Part shown: in pieces, positions 64,000 to 64,000 of the stretch
How the letters are laid out: each line of letters opens with the position of its first letter
Numbering within the stretch: position 1 is the first letter of the stretch
Notes under the pieces: generated by a model
What the model was told of the DNA's origin: nothing
The model's input: the letters and a program-made list of their open reading frames with translations, nothing else
Database searches by the model: none
Position numbers and translations under genes: made by a program
DNA from: a virus
Taxonomy: Duplodnaviria; Caudoviricetes
Strand: one strand, 5' to 3'
DNA: 64,000 bases
IMG/VR virus record: IMGVR_UViG_3300032285_001531

Positions 64000-64000
64000 T

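Noticed and set aside
1-64000. Stop-codon reassignment (seen in some large phages)
   Set aside because: Long genes read through intact in code 11 and pack tightly with TAA/TGA/TAG stops; there is no fragmentation.
1-64000. tRNA/rRNA genes
   Set aside because: Intergenic gaps are short and none shows a cloverleaf with T-loop (GTTCRA) and D-loop signatures. This was checked by eye only.

Overview
A 64-kb segment of a large, AT-rich, T4-like (myovirus-type) dsDNA phage genome. It is almost entirely coded on the + strand; the only convincing minus-strand gene is a partial phoH at the left edge. Left to right: (1) phoH, a 3TM holin, DnaJ and ClpA; (2) late operons behind a recurring (G)ATAAATA motif, encoding nucleotidyltransferase fusions and a glycosyltransferase; (3) a ~16-kb block of fibre/virion-surface proteins (C1q, Hint, beta-propeller and LamG domains); (4) an accessory operon (papain peptidase, methyltransferase-like protein, PaaK-like ligase, pirin); (5) a late cluster of probable head-packaged proteins with T4 capsid-targeting-like N-termini and modular polyproteins joined by a repeated Q-[GD]-V-[ATS]-E linker; (6) a cassette with an amino acid:[carrier protein] ligase and an ACP; (7) DNA polymerase B and a sliding clamp; (8) a 7-deazaguanine DNA-modification cluster (dpdA, dpdL-like, folE, queD, queE; no queC seen) interleaved with two glycosyltransferases, galE, a cytidylyltransferase and a PRTase, with a preQ1-riboswitch-like pseudoknot before queD; (9) uvsE and a T4 RNase H-like nuclease. 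I saw no tRNA, rRNA, CRISPR array or clear mobile element. All functional calls come from motif recognition by eye; no database searches were run.
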